Positions 1 to 10,230 of a DNA stretch of 64,000 bases are shown in pieces. A program made the position numbers and the translations under genes. The DNA is from a virus. The stretch is taken from positions 1 to 64,000 of the IMG/VR virus record IMGVR_UViG_3300025645_000048. One strand, 5' to 3'. The notes beneath the pieces were generated by a model, which saw only the letters and a program-made list of their open reading frames with translations, searched no databases and was not told the DNA's origin. How positions within the stretch are numbered: position 1 is the stretch's first letter; each line of letters starts with the position of its first letter.

Positions 1-2
1 AT

Positions 3-2048
3 GGTTTAAATACTGGAATTCCAAATTCTTTGACAAGTGCCAGTTTTAGCGAAAGTGGTGGGCAGTTAAAAGGGTTAACAATAGGCTACAGAACAGATGA
101 AACAACTGCTGTTATTGCCGCAAGAACTGCAACAGGTGATATAGCTTTTATGGGTTATAATGGTGGATGGTTAGAAACTGCAAGATTTACAAACGATAAT
201 AGATTAGGAATTGGAACGACTTCACCTACTTCAAAATTATCAATATTTGGTTCGCAAGCTGCTATAGATATAACAAGAGGTAATTCTGGAGATTCTAAAT
301 GGGAATTTTCTTCTGATTCAACTGCATTATATTTTTCAGAAATGTCAACTGGCACTCGTGCCTATATGATGGCTATAAAAGAAACAACTGGAAATGTAGG
401 AATCGGAACGACTTCGCCTGATAATATTTTACATATAGAAACTTCTAACGCTGGTGGTCCACAAATACAATTAGAAAGCACATCTGGTACAGCTAGTGCA
501 GCTTTTATTAATTTTGATAGTACTAGTTTACAATTGTCTACTCAAAGAGATATGGTAGATGGAGATTGGTATGATACATCAAAATCTTGGGGCGGAATAA
601 ATATACAAGGTCCAGCAAGCGGCTCTTTTATTACTTTTCACACAGCAGGAGCATCAAACACCAGCCCTACAGAAAGAATGCGTATAGTTCCTGCTGGTGC
701 AGTTGGAATTAATAATAGTTCCCCTGATAGTTTTAGTGGTGGTGGAAGCACAGCCGCATCATTAGTTATAGGTAAAGGAACAAGTGGTGTTTCACCGCAT
801 ATAACATTGTGGCAAGGTAATTCAGCTCAAGCCGCTATATCTTTTGCAAGTGCTAACACTGGTGCTGGTCAATATGAAGGTAGGATTCGTTATACAAGAG
901 ATACTGGTGTAATGGATTTTAGAACTAATGGTGTAGCTAATGTGTTGGTTTTAAATGCTAGTGGCAACGTAGGAATTGGAACGACTTCGCCTAATGAAAA
1001 ATTACAACTTGCTGGTAATCTTAATGCATATGCTCCTGGTGGTATTGATGCTGGTTTATTCGCAAGTACGGCCGCAGGTTCTACAACTATTGCAATAAGA
1101 TCAAGTGGTGTAACTCATTTTAATGGTGGTAACGTCGGGATCGGGACGGCTACGCCTGGAAGAGGTTTAACTATTGATAAATCTAATCAATATGCTGCAC
1201 TTGAAATAATAAAAAATAATACAACTAACCAAATTGTTTATTTAGGTACTGGTTCCAGTGCAGGAACTGATGATCCTATTCTGCAAATGAAACATAATGG
1301 CACAGAAAATATTAGATTATATGCGACTGGTAATAGTTGGATTAATGGCGGCAACGTAGGAATAGGAACTGATTCGCCTGGGGCTAAATTAGTAGTTTCA
1401 AATAGTGGGGCATTAGGATATGAAATAGACCCTTTAAATGCAAGTGGAGAAGTAGTTTCTATATTTTCTTACAATAGGTCAACTGCAGCTTGGAAAACAA
1501 CTAGATATTCATCACTAGACCATAGATTTGAAATCAATGGTACTACAGAAGCAATGCGTATTACAAGTGGGGGGAAAGTTAATATTGGACAAGGAACAAG
1601 TATTACAGGATTTTTAAATATTGAACAATCAGGAAATCATATTCATTTAAGAAATGGTGCTGCAGCATCTGGCAAATATTGGAATTTTGATGTAGCCAGT
1701 CAAAATAGATTATACATACTTAACAATGGAGATACAGGTGTTTATATAACAGATGGTGGCACGTCTTGGACTGCAAATTCTGATGAAACTTTAAAAGAAA
1801 ATATTAAACCTTTAAATAATGTTTTAGATAAAATAAAAGATTATAGATGTGTTGAATATAATTTAAAAAATGTACCTAATGATAAAAAAATAGGTTTTAT
1901 TGCACAAGATTGGGTGGATGATTTTGCCCCAATAGTTAATAAAGAAGATGATGGATTGTTAGGAATGAAATATACAGAAACAATTCCTGTCTTATTAAAA
2001 GCAATCCAAGAACTAAAAGCAGAAATAGAATTATTAAAAAATAAATAA
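3..2048 (+). CDS. Tail fibre protein with C-terminal intramolecular chaperone (peptidase S74-like), 5'-truncated by window edge
   Basis: Frame is open from position 3. Repeated GNVGIGTxSP modules; C-terminal SDETLKENI...GFIAQD...LLKAIQEL chaperone signature. Confidence 0.9.
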   Translation, partial: GLNTGIPNSLTSASFSESGGQLKGLTIGYRTDETTAVIAARTATGDIAFMGYNGGWLETARFTNDNRLGIGTTSPTSKLSIFGSQAAIDITRGNSGDSKWEFSSDSTALYFSEMSTGTRAYMMAIKETTGNVGIGTTSPDNILHIETSNAGGPQIQLESTSGTASAAFINFDSTSLQLSTQRDMVDGDWYDTSKSWGGINIQGPASGSFITFHTAGASNTSPTERMRIVPAGAVGINNSSPDSFSGGGSTAASLVIGKGTSGVSPHITLWQGNSAQAAISFASANTGAGQYEGRIRYTRDTGVMDFRTNGVANVLVLNASGNVGIGTTSPNEKLQLAGNLNAYAPGGIDAGLFASTAAGSTTIAIRSSGVTHFNGGNVGIGTATPGRGLTIDKSNQYAALEIIKNNTTNQIVYLGTGSSAGTDDPILQMKHNGTENIRLYATGNSWINGGNVGIGTDSPGAKLVVSNSGALGYEIDPLNASGEVVSIFSYNRSTAAWKTTRYSSLDHRFEINGTTEAMRITSGGKVNIGQGTSITGFLNIEQSGNHIHLRNGAAASGKYWNFDVASQNRLYILNNGDTGVYITDGGTSWTANSDETLKENIKPLNNVLDKIKDYRCVEYNLKNVPNDKKIGFIAQDWVDDFAPIVNKEDDGLLGMKYTETIPVLLKAIQELKAEIELLKNK

Positions 2049-2049
2049 T

Positions 2050-2057
2050 TATCTTTG
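2050..2057 (+). promoter_or_regulatory. Bacteroidota-type -7 promoter box TAnnTTTG
   Basis: TATCTTTG, intergenic, 15 nt before the ATG at 2073; the same box recurs before many genes. Confidence 0.65.
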
Positions 2058-2072
2058 TAAAAATATTAAACA

Positions 2073-2432
2073 ATGGCAAATTTTTATAAGTGGACAATAA
2101 ATCAAATGAATGCCCGTATTGAAGAAGATGGGAATCAAAATGTAATCTACACAGTACATTGGACGTATACCGCACAAGACGACAAAGATCCTAAGTATAT
2201 CGCTAGCCAAATAGGAGCTTACTCTTTACAGTACGATCCGTCTTCACCTTTTGTTCCTTATGCAGATGATGAGGCATTTGAGAATGTAGTAATTGGATGG
2301 TTAAAAGATGGATTGCCTGTTGCTGAAATGGAAGCAAGTTTATCTAAACAAATAGATTTAGAAAAAAAACCTGTGGATGAAGACTTATATTTTACTTGGG
2401 ACAATCCACCAGTACCACCTATTGAAGAATAA
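2073..2432 (+). CDS. Tail-fibre-associated small protein
   Basis: YKWTI...VIYTVHWTY...VIGW pattern typical of ORFs that follow S74 fibres; position. Confidence 0.65.
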   Translation: MANFYKWTINQMNARIEEDGNQNVIYTVHWTYTAQDDKDPKYIASQIGAYSLQYDPSSPFVPYADDEAFENVVIGWLKDGLPVAEMEASLSKQIDLEKKPVDEDLYFTWDNPPVPPIEE

Positions 2433-2481
2433 TATTATTTTACTATATTTGTTTTTTATAACTTAAATTAAATCTAATACA

Positions 2482-2736
2482 ATGGCAAAAAAAATTACAG
2501 AAGAAGAATTAAAAAGACTTCAAGGCATGAATGCTGAGTTTACAAAAACTAAACTAGCACTCGCAGATTCATTACTTCAACAAAAAGAATTAATGGTTCA
2601 AATGGACAACCTAAGATCTGCGTTTAAAGTAGATGAAAAAAATCTAATGGAAGCTTATGGAAAAGATGTTTCTATAGATTTAGCAACTGGAGAAATAAAA
2701 GAAAACGTAGAAGAGGCACAAACTGTAGAAGAATAA
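2482..2736 (+). CDS. Small coiled-coil protein, homologous to 61284..61517
   Basis: KITEEELK...YGKDVSIDLATGE resembles KITKEELK...YGKINIDLKDGS at 61284. Confidence 0.75.
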   Translation: MAKKITEEELKRLQGMNAEFTKTKLALADSLLQQKELMVQMDNLRSAFKVDEKNLMEAYGKDVSIDLATGEIKENVEEAQTVEE

Positions 2737-2739
2737 AAA

Positions 2740-3273
2740 ATGGCAAGAATAAGTAACACTAGCGTTTATCCAAATATTAATCCTGTATTGTCAGATTACT
2801 TTGTATTGACTGATGCTAATGACGACTTATCTACTAAAACTTGTACACTAGAGTCCCTACAACAACTTTATAATGTTGATGTAGTTTCAAAATCTATAAC
2901 AGTTTCTCCACTTTATTTAAATGTTTTAGCAACTCAAGACTTTGAAATACTTCCTGCACCAGGTTCTGCATACGTATATGACATACAAAGAATTTTAGTT
3001 TTTATGGATCCAGGCTCTACAGTGTATGATTTTGCAACAGATTTACCATCATTTGATATGGGATCACGATCACTTAATGACATTCAACTAACCACTATGA
3101 ATTCTGCAACAGATGTTGTTGAAGTAATTTGGACTGGAGGCACAAATAACTTTGTGTTACCAACTAATACTTCGGTGGTTTTGTCTAAAGCTGGTAGCAA
3201 CCCTACACAAGGCAATGGAACACTTTATGTCAATATTTCTTACAGAAAACTAAAGTTAAATTCAACTTTCTAG
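2740..3273 (+). CDS. Putative virion structural protein
   Basis: N-terminus MARIS..YP...SDY...DA.....TK..T.ES is shared with 57419..58144. Confidence 0.6.
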   Translation: MARISNTSVYPNINPVLSDYFVLTDANDDLSTKTCTLESLQQLYNVDVVSKSITVSPLYLNVLATQDFEILPAPGSAYVYDIQRILVFMDPGSTVYDFATDLPSFDMGSRSLNDIQLTTMNSATDVVEVIWTGGTNNFVLPTNTSVVLSKAGSNPTQGNGTLYVNISYRKLKLNSTF

Positions 3274-3277
3274 TCAA

Positions 3278-3502
3278 ATGGACATCCGTAAGATTTCCAT
3301 AGGAGCAGATTACAAGTCTGGTGCCATGCATTATATTGTAGGGCAGAATGTTTTAGGAGGCTCTTATATTATTCATTTAATTCAACACGATGCAAATTCT
3401 AATTCATTTAAAATATGGATAGAAAAGAATCAAGAATTAATTATGTGGAAGGAGTTTAAAAACACAATGCCTATTTCTGTAGAATATAATCTAAACTTTT
3501 AA
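3278..3502 (+). CDS. Hypothetical protein
   Basis: ORF in operon context, TAATG-coupled to the next gene. Confidence 0.7.
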   Translation: MDIRKISIGADYKSGAMHYIVGQNVLGGSYIIHLIQHDANSNSFKIWIEKNQELIMWKEFKNTMPISVEYNLNF

Positions 3503-4068
3503 TGCAGTCACCACATTCTTTCATAGTTCGACCAGTAAAAGGGAGAAGGTATGATAATATAAAAGACATTGGTGGTATTGACTTTATAACCAGTGTTTCT
3601 AAAGAAGACCATAAAGCATCTAATAGACATGCAGAAGTTGTGTCTACACCAGTAAATTATTCTGGAGATATAAAAAAAGGAGATATACTTTTAGTTCATC
3701 ACAATGTTTTTAAATTTTATTTTGACATGAAGGGTAGAGAAAAAAGTGGTAAAAGTTTTTTTAAAGATGATTTATTTTTTATTGACAATGATCAGTTTTT
3801 TTTATATAACAAAAAAGGTAAATGGTATGGTCATGACAAATATTGTTTTGTAAAACCTATTCCTAAAAAAGATTTTTATTTAAAAGGCATTGGTGTTAAG
3901 GAAGAACCCTTACATGGTGTAATAAAATACTCAAACAAACAATTAGAACAATTAGGTGTTAATGAAGGGGATGAAGTCTGTTTCACTCCTGATAGTGAAT
4001 ATGAGTTTTATGTTGATGATGAAAAATTATATCGTATGTTTACCAACAACATAGCATTAACATTATGA
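3502..4068 (+). CDS. Tandem GroES-like (co-chaperonin fold) protein
   Basis: Two GroES-like halves: FIVRP...AEVVSTP...IKKGDILLV and FVKP...GVIKY...VNEGDEVCF...EFYVDDEKLYRM. Confidence 0.6.
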   Translation: MQSPHSFIVRPVKGRRYDNIKDIGGIDFITSVSKEDHKASNRHAEVVSTPVNYSGDIKKGDILLVHHNVFKFYFDMKGREKSGKSFFKDDLFFIDNDQFFLYNKKGKWYGHDKYCFVKPIPKKDFYLKGIGVKEEPLHGVIKYSNKQLEQLGVNEGDEVCFTPDSEYEFYVDDEKLYRMFTNNIALTL

Positions 4069-4343
4069 TGGATAGTAAAAAAATAAAAGAAGAAATAATT
4101 AAAGCTGGTGAAAAAGCAGTTATACAATTAATAAAAGTAGCAAAAGAAGATATTATTAAATACGAAAAAGATGATGAGTTGGCAGCTGACAGATTGAAAA
4201 ATGCAGCCGCTACAAAAAAACTTGCTATCTTTGATGCATTCGAGATATTAAAAAGAATTGAAGATGAAAAGCAATTAATAGATGGAATTGATATAGTAAA
4301 AAATAATACACCTAAAGGATTTGCAGAATCAAGATCAAAATAG
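4065..4343 (+). CDS. Putative terminase small subunit
   Basis: Small helical ORF immediately upstream of and overlapping terL. Confidence 0.5.
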   Translation: MMDSKKIKEEIIKAGEKAVIQLIKVAKEDIIKYEKDDELAADRLKNAAATKKLAIFDAFEILKRIEDEKQLIDGIDIVKNNTPKGFAESRSK

Positions 4344-6570
4344 TTTATATAGAAAATTGTACAAAATTGTGCCGAACAATGTTATGGCAACAAAAAACAG
4401 AGCTCGTACATGGCTATATGGTTATAATCCTAAATATGATTTTGTAGTTATTTCTAAAACTGGGCAAATTGACCAAATAATAAATATAAATGGTTTAAAT
4501 ATAGCCTTACCTAAACCTCCCGCGCGCGTGCACACGCGAGACAAAAAAAACAAAGAACAGTACTGGGAGCCACATGTTTTACCTAAAGAATTAAAAAAAA
4601 TACAATCTATATTTCATTGGCATGAAACCCCACCTCAATTTAAAAATAAATGGGTAGATTATATAGAACAAGAGTTTGATAGAAGAGAAGAAGGTTTTTG
4701 GTTTATGAATAATGGGGAGCCAACCTATATAACTGGCACTCATTATATGTATCTGCAATGGACAAAAATTGATGTTGGTCATCCAGATTTTAGAGAAGCG
4801 AATAGACTTTTTTATATATTTTGGGAAGCATCTAAAGCTGACAAAAGAAGTTTTGGTATGTGTTATTTAAAAATAAGACGTTCAGGATTTTCTTTTATGA
4901 GTTCATGTGAAGGTGTTAACACTGCAACAATTACTAAAGATTCTAGAATAGGTATATTATCTAAAACTGGTGCCGATGCTAAAAAAATGTTTACAGATAA
5001 AATAGTTCCAATATCTAACAACTATCCGTTCTTTTTTAAACCCATACAAGATGGTATGGATAAACCTAAAACAGAATTAGCTTATCGAGTTCCTGCTTCT
5101 AAGATTACTAAAAAAAATATGTATGTTATAGATGAGGAAGAATTAGAAGGCTTAGATACAACCATTGACTGGAAGAATACATCTGACAATAGTTATGATG
5201 GTGAGAAGTTACAACTTCTACTTCATGATGAAAGTGGTAAATGGGAAAGGCCAGAAAACATATTAAACAACTGGAGGGTAACTAAAACATGTCTTAGACT
5301 AGGTAGTAAAGTTATAGGTAAGTGTATGATGGGTTCAACTTCTAATGCTCTAGATAAAGGGGGTGCAAATTTTAAATCCCTATATGAAGATTCTGATTGT
5401 ATGAAAAGAAATTCCAATGGACAAACAAAAAGTGGTTTGTATAATCTGTTTGTGCCTATGGAATGGAATATGGAAGGGTTTATTGACAGACATGGAATGC
5501 CAGTGTTAAAAAACCCACAAGAACCTATTATGGGTATAGATGGCGAATTAATATATCAAGGTGCAATTAATTATTGGGAGAATGAGGTAGAGTCATTAAA
5601 AAATGATCCAGATGCATTGAATGAATTTTATAGACAATTCCCTAGGTCTGAGTCTCATGCATTTAGAGATGAAAGTAAACAGTCATTATTTAATTTGACA
5701 AAAATATATCAACAAATAGATTACAATGACTCATTAATAATGCAACATCATGTAACTCAAGGTGGGTTTCATTGGAAAGATGGAATTAAAGATTCTAAGG
5801 TAATATGGAGCCCAAATAAAAGAGGAAGATTTTTTGTAACTTACATTCCAAAGGCTTCGCTTCAAAATAACGTTATAGAAAGAGGAGGGCAGAAACGACC
5901 AGGGAACGAACATCTTGGCTCGTTTGGTTGTGACTCTTATGATATTTCTGGAGTAGTTGTTGGGAAAGGTTCTAATGGATCATTACATGGGCTTACTAAA
6001 TTTAATATGGATGATGCACCTAGTAATGAATTTTTTCTTGAATATATAGCCAGACCACAAACAGCTGAGATATTTTTTGAAGAAGTCTTGATGGCTTGTG
6101 TTTTTTATGGTATGCCAATTTTATGTGAAAATAATAAACCACGTTTATTATATCATTTTAAAAATAGAGGATATAGAGGGTATTGTTTAAATAGACCAGA
6201 TAAAAAATATAATAAGTTGTCAAAAACAGAAAGAGAATTAGGTGGTATACCTAATAGCTCAGAAGATGTAAAACAATCTCATGCATCTGCAATTGAATCT
6301 TATATAGAAAAACATATAGGATTGGATTTAGAAGAAACATATAGAGATAAAGATATAATGGGAAGTATGTATTTTCAAAGAACTTTAGAAGATTGGGCAA
6401 AATTTGACATAAACAACAGAACACGATTTGATGCTGCTATTAGTTCAGGGTTAGCAATTATGTCTAATCAAAAACACCTATATACCCCAACTCAAAAACA
6501 ATCAAAAATAAGCATTAACTTTGCAAGATATAATAACAAAAGTTCAGTTAGTCAATTACTTAAAAGATGA
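4321..6570 (+). CDS. terL: Terminase large subunit
   Basis: Walker A variant LKIRRSGFS, Walker B LLLHDESGK, MGST motif, RNase H-like GCDSYD; lies before the portal. Confidence 0.9.
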   Translation: MQNQDQNSLYRKLYKIVPNNVMATKNRARTWLYGYNPKYDFVVISKTGQIDQIININGLNIALPKPPARVHTRDKKNKEQYWEPHVLPKELKKIQSIFHWHETPPQFKNKWVDYIEQEFDRREEGFWFMNNGEPTYITGTHYMYLQWTKIDVGHPDFREANRLFYIFWEASKADKRSFGMCYLKIRRSGFSFMSSCEGVNTATITKDSRIGILSKTGADAKKMFTDKIVPISNNYPFFFKPIQDGMDKPKTELAYRVPASKITKKNMYVIDEEELEGLDTTIDWKNTSDNSYDGEKLQLLLHDESGKWERPENILNNWRVTKTCLRLGSKVIGKCMMGSTSNALDKGGANFKSLYEDSDCMKRNSNGQTKSGLYNLFVPMEWNMEGFIDRHGMPVLKNPQEPIMGIDGELIYQGAINYWENEVESLKNDPDALNEFYRQFPRSESHAFRDESKQSLFNLTKIYQQIDYNDSLIMQHHVTQGGFHWKDGIKDSKVIWSPNKRGRFFVTYIPKASLQNNVIERGGQKRPGNEHLGSFGCDSYDISGVVVGKGSNGSLHGLTKFNMDDAPSNEFFLEYIARPQTAEIFFEEVLMACVFYGMPILCENNKPRLLYHFKNRGYRGYCLNRPDKKYNKLSKTERELGGIPNSSEDVKQSHASAIESYIEKHIGLDLEETYRDKDIMGSMYFQRTLEDWAKFDINNRTRFDAAISSGLAIMSNQKHLYTPTQKQSKISINFARYNNKSSVSQLLKR

Positions 6571-9002
6571 AAGACGTTACAATTAATATACAATCTGCTG
6601 CTTTTCCTGATCAATTTGTTTCAGACTCAACAAAAGACACAGTAGAATATGGTTTACAGATAGGACAAGCAATACAATATGAATGGTTTAGAAGAGATAA
6701 TGGTTCATGTAGATTTTATGATCAATGGGGTGAGTTCATGCGCCTGCGCCTGTACGCGCGAGGGGAACAGTCTATTGCTAAATATAAAAACGAATTAGCT
6801 ATAGATGGTGATTTATCTTATTTAAATTTAGACTGGACTCCTGTCCCAATTATACCAAAGTTTGTTGACATCGTTGTAAATGGCATGTCTGACAGACTTT
6901 TTAAAGTAAAAGCATATGCCGAAGACGCAATGTCTGCCGAAAAAAGAAATGAGTTTCAAAAACAAATAGAAGGTGAAGTAATTGCAAAACCTTTATTTAA
7001 TCAGATACAAGAAGAGTTTGGCATAAATGTATTTCAAACCGATCCTGATCAATTGCCTGAATCAGATGAGGAAATGGAATTGTATATGAATATGAAATAT
7101 AAACCAGCTGTAGAAATTGCTGAAGAGGTTGCAATAAATACATTGTTTTCTGAAAATCATTATAACGACATTAGAAATAGAGTTGATTATGATTTAACTA
7201 CATTAGGCATAGGAATAACCAAACATGAATTTCTGTTAGGACAAGGTGTAAAACTAGATTATGTTGATCCTGCTAATGTAGTGTATAGTTATACTGAAGA
7301 TCCTTATTTCAAAGATTGTTTTTATTGGGGTGAAATTAAAACAGTACCTATGACGGAATTAATAAAAATTGATCCATCATTAACTAATTCAGATTTAAAT
7401 GAGATAGCTAAATATAGTCAATCATGGTATAATTATTTTAATACATCACAGTTTTATGAAAACAGTATGTTTTATAGAGATACTGCAACATTATTATATT
7501 TTAATTATAAAACCACACACTCATTTGTATATAAAAGAAAAAAATTATCTGATGGCTCGTACAAGACTGTACAGAAAGATGACCAATTTAATCCGCCACA
7601 AGAAATGATGGAGGAAGGTAATTTTGAAAAAGTAGAAAAAAGAATTGATGTATGGTATACTGGTGTAATGGTAATGGGTACTAATATTGTTTTAGAATGG
7701 AAATTAGCCGAAAACATGGTAAGACCAAAATCAGCAAATCAATTTGCTATGCCAAATTATGTTGCATGTGCGCCAAGAATGTATAAAGGACAGTTAGAGT
7801 CTTTAGTTAGAAGAATGATTCCTTTTGCTGATTTGATACAAATGACTCATTTAAAAATTCAACAAGTAGTTTCTAGAATTGTACCAGATGGTGTTTTTAT
7901 TGATGCTGATGGATTAAATGAAGTTGATTTAGGAACAGGTAATGCATATAATCCAGAAGATGCTTTGAGGTTATATTTCCAAACTGGTAGTGTTATTGGT
8001 AGAAGTTATACTCAAGATGGTGAATTTAATAATGCTAAAGTACCTATACAACAACTAACTGCTAACAGTGGTTCTAGTAAAATGCAAATGTTAATAGCAA
8101 ATTATAATCATTATTTAGACATGATTAGATCAGTAACAGGTTTGAATGAAGCCAGAGACGGATCAACACCAGATCCTAACTCTTTAGTCGGTGTTCAAAA
8201 ATTAGCAGCTTTAAATTCTAATACAGCAACTAGACATATATTAGATGGTAGTTTATTTATAACCAGAACTTTAGCAGAGTGTTTATCTATAAGGACAGCT
8301 GATATATTAGAATTTGCAGATTTCAAAGATGAATTTGTCATGCAAATAGGTAAATATAATTCTGGTATTTTAGAAGAAATAAAAGATTTATACATTTATG
8401 ATTTCGGTATATTTATTGAGATGTCTCCTGATGAAGAAGAAAAAGCGATGTTAGAAGCTAATATTCAAATGGCATTATCAAAAGAAAATATAAGTTTAGA
8501 AGATGCTATTGATATTAGAGAGATTAACAATCTTAAAATGGCTAATCAATTATTAAAATTGAAACGTAAACAGAAGCAGGAGCAAGAGCAACAACAAAGA
8601 ATGCAAGAGCAACAAATGGCCGCACAGATGCAAATGCAGGCTGAACAAGCTAAAGCTCAACTTGAGGCACAAAAAGTCCAAATGGAAACTCAATCTAAAA
8701 TGCAAGTTAAACAAGCTGAAATAAGTTTCGAAATAGAGAAACTTAAAAATGAAGCAATGTTGAAAGAACAACTTATGCAGACAGAGTTTCAATTTCAAAT
8801 GCAGTTAAAAGGTGTTGAGCAACAAGGTTTACAGTCAAGAGAAACTGAAAGAGAAAATGCTAAAGATGCGCGTATAAGTCAACAGTCAACACAAACATCT
8901 AAAATGATAGAACAAAAGAAAAGAGATTTACCTGCAATAAATTTTGAATCAAATGAAGATAGTTTAGATGGTTTTGATTTAGCAGAGTTTGAGCCAAGAT
9001 AA
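6567..9002 (+). CDS. Portal protein
   Basis: 811 aa after terL; LDWTPVPIIPKFVDIVVNG motif; Q-rich C-terminal coiled-coil barrel. Confidence 0.85.
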   Translation: MKDVTINIQSAAFPDQFVSDSTKDTVEYGLQIGQAIQYEWFRRDNGSCRFYDQWGEFMRLRLYARGEQSIAKYKNELAIDGDLSYLNLDWTPVPIIPKFVDIVVNGMSDRLFKVKAYAEDAMSAEKRNEFQKQIEGEVIAKPLFNQIQEEFGINVFQTDPDQLPESDEEMELYMNMKYKPAVEIAEEVAINTLFSENHYNDIRNRVDYDLTTLGIGITKHEFLLGQGVKLDYVDPANVVYSYTEDPYFKDCFYWGEIKTVPMTELIKIDPSLTNSDLNEIAKYSQSWYNYFNTSQFYENSMFYRDTATLLYFNYKTTHSFVYKRKKLSDGSYKTVQKDDQFNPPQEMMEEGNFEKVEKRIDVWYTGVMVMGTNIVLEWKLAENMVRPKSANQFAMPNYVACAPRMYKGQLESLVRRMIPFADLIQMTHLKIQQVVSRIVPDGVFIDADGLNEVDLGTGNAYNPEDALRLYFQTGSVIGRSYTQDGEFNNAKVPIQQLTANSGSSKMQMLIANYNHYLDMIRSVTGLNEARDGSTPDPNSLVGVQKLAALNSNTATRHILDGSLFITRTLAECLSIRTADILEFADFKDEFVMQIGKYNSGILEEIKDLYIYDFGIFIEMSPDEEEKAMLEANIQMALSKENISLEDAIDIREINNLKMANQLLKLKRKQKQEQEQQQRMQEQQMAAQMQMQAEQAKAQLEAQKVQMETQSKMQVKQAEISFEIEKLKNEAMLKEQLMQTEFQFQMQLKGVEQQGLQSRETERENAKDARISQQSTQTSKMIEQKKRDLPAINFESNEDSLDGFDLAEFEPR

Positions 9003-9062
9003 GCTTAAAAAGATATTTAAATTTTGTTTAACTTTGTTTAAAATTTAATCTAATTTAATATT

Positions 9063-10208
9063 ATGGAAATAAAAGTAAGAGACTTAGGGCATAAAGAAGA
9101 AAAGTCCAAAGCTGAAATTGAAGAGTCATTGTTACAAAAACATGAAGAGAAGTTTGAAGACAGTGAGCAACAAGAAGAACAAACAGATACAGTAAAGGTT
9201 TCAAACGAAAACGATACTGAAAAAGAAACTCCCTCATCAGAGACAATTGGTGAAACTCCCTCATCAGAGTTAAATGATGAAAACGTTCTTTCTTATATTA
9301 GAGATAGATACAACAAAGATATAAATTCAGTTGATGAATTGTTTGAGGAAAAAGAAGCAAACGAAGAATTACCTGAAGATGTGTCTGCGTATTTAAAGTA
9401 CAAAAAAGACACTGGACGTGGAATCCAAGATTTCTATAATTTACAGAAAGATTACGATTCTATGGAAGATGACTCTGTACTTGCTAGTTATTATAGTATA
9501 ACCGAAGATGGGTTAGATGATATTGACATTCAAGATATTATTGAGGAAAAATTTAGTTTTGATGAAGAATTAGATGAGCCTCGCGATATTAAGAGAGTAA
9601 AACTAGCAAAAAAACGAGAACTTGCGAAAGCGAAAAAGTTTTTGAATGAGCACAAAGATAAATACAAAATGCCTCTTGAGTCAAGCGGGGATCAGTTATC
9701 TAATGATCAACAAGAAAATTTAAATGCTTATGAAAGTTATCTTAAAGAATCTAAATCTATTGAGGAGCAAAACAAAAAGAAGTATAATTACTTCCTAGAT
9801 AAAACCGATGAGGTTTTTAACAATGAATTCAAAGGTTTTGAGTTTAATGTGGGAGATAATAATATAACTTTTAAACCTGGGACAGGTGAAGAGCTTAAAA
9901 ATGTGCAGTCCGATTTTAACAATTTTGTTAATAAATACATGGACAAACAAACAGGGTTAATCGCCGATCCAAAGGGATATCATCGTTCACTAGCAGTAGC
10001 TATGAACCCTGAAAAATTTGCTCAATTTTTTTACGACCAAGGTGTTTCGGCAACTGTGGATAATGTTTCTAGAAAATCTAAAAACATAAACATGGACATT
10101 AGAAACGCTGCTCAACAAACTGTCACAAAAGATGGTATGAGAATAAGGGCTGTAGGAGATACCAATAGTGGAAGAGGACTTAAAATTAGAAGTATTAAAA
10201 AAGTTTAA
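9063..10208 (+). CDS. Capsid scaffolding protein
   Basis: Highly acidic, helical, located between portal and capsid genes. Confidence 0.65.
   Translation: MEIKVRDLGHKEEKSKAEIEESLLQKHEEKFEDSEQQEEQTDTVKVSNENDTEKETPSSETIGETPSSELNDENVLSYIRDRYNKDINSVDELFEEKEANEELPEDVSAYLKYKKDTGRGIQDFYNLQKDYDSMEDDSVLASYYSITEDGLDDIDIQDIIEEKFSFDEELDEPRDIKRVKLAKKRELAKAKKFLNEHKDKYKMPLESSGDQLSNDQQENLNAYESYLKESKSIEEQNKKKYNYFLDKTDEVFNNEFKGFEFNVGDNNITFKPGTGEELKNVQSDFNNFVNKYMDKQTGLIADPKGYHRSLAVAMNPEKFAQFFYDQGVSATVDNVSRKSKNINMDIRNAAQQTVTKDGMRIRAVGDTNSGRGLKIRSIKKV
9225..9269 (+). repeat. 18-bp direct repeat GAAACTCCCTCATCAGAG x2 (ETPSSE)
   Basis: Exact copies at 9225-9242 and 9252-9269 in the scaffold linker. Confidence 0.9.
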
Positions 10209-10230
10209 CAAATTAAAAATTTAAATTATT

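Noticed and set aside
9225-9269. Scaffold 18-bp duplication as a functional signal
   Set aside because: Best explained as slippage in a disordered linker.
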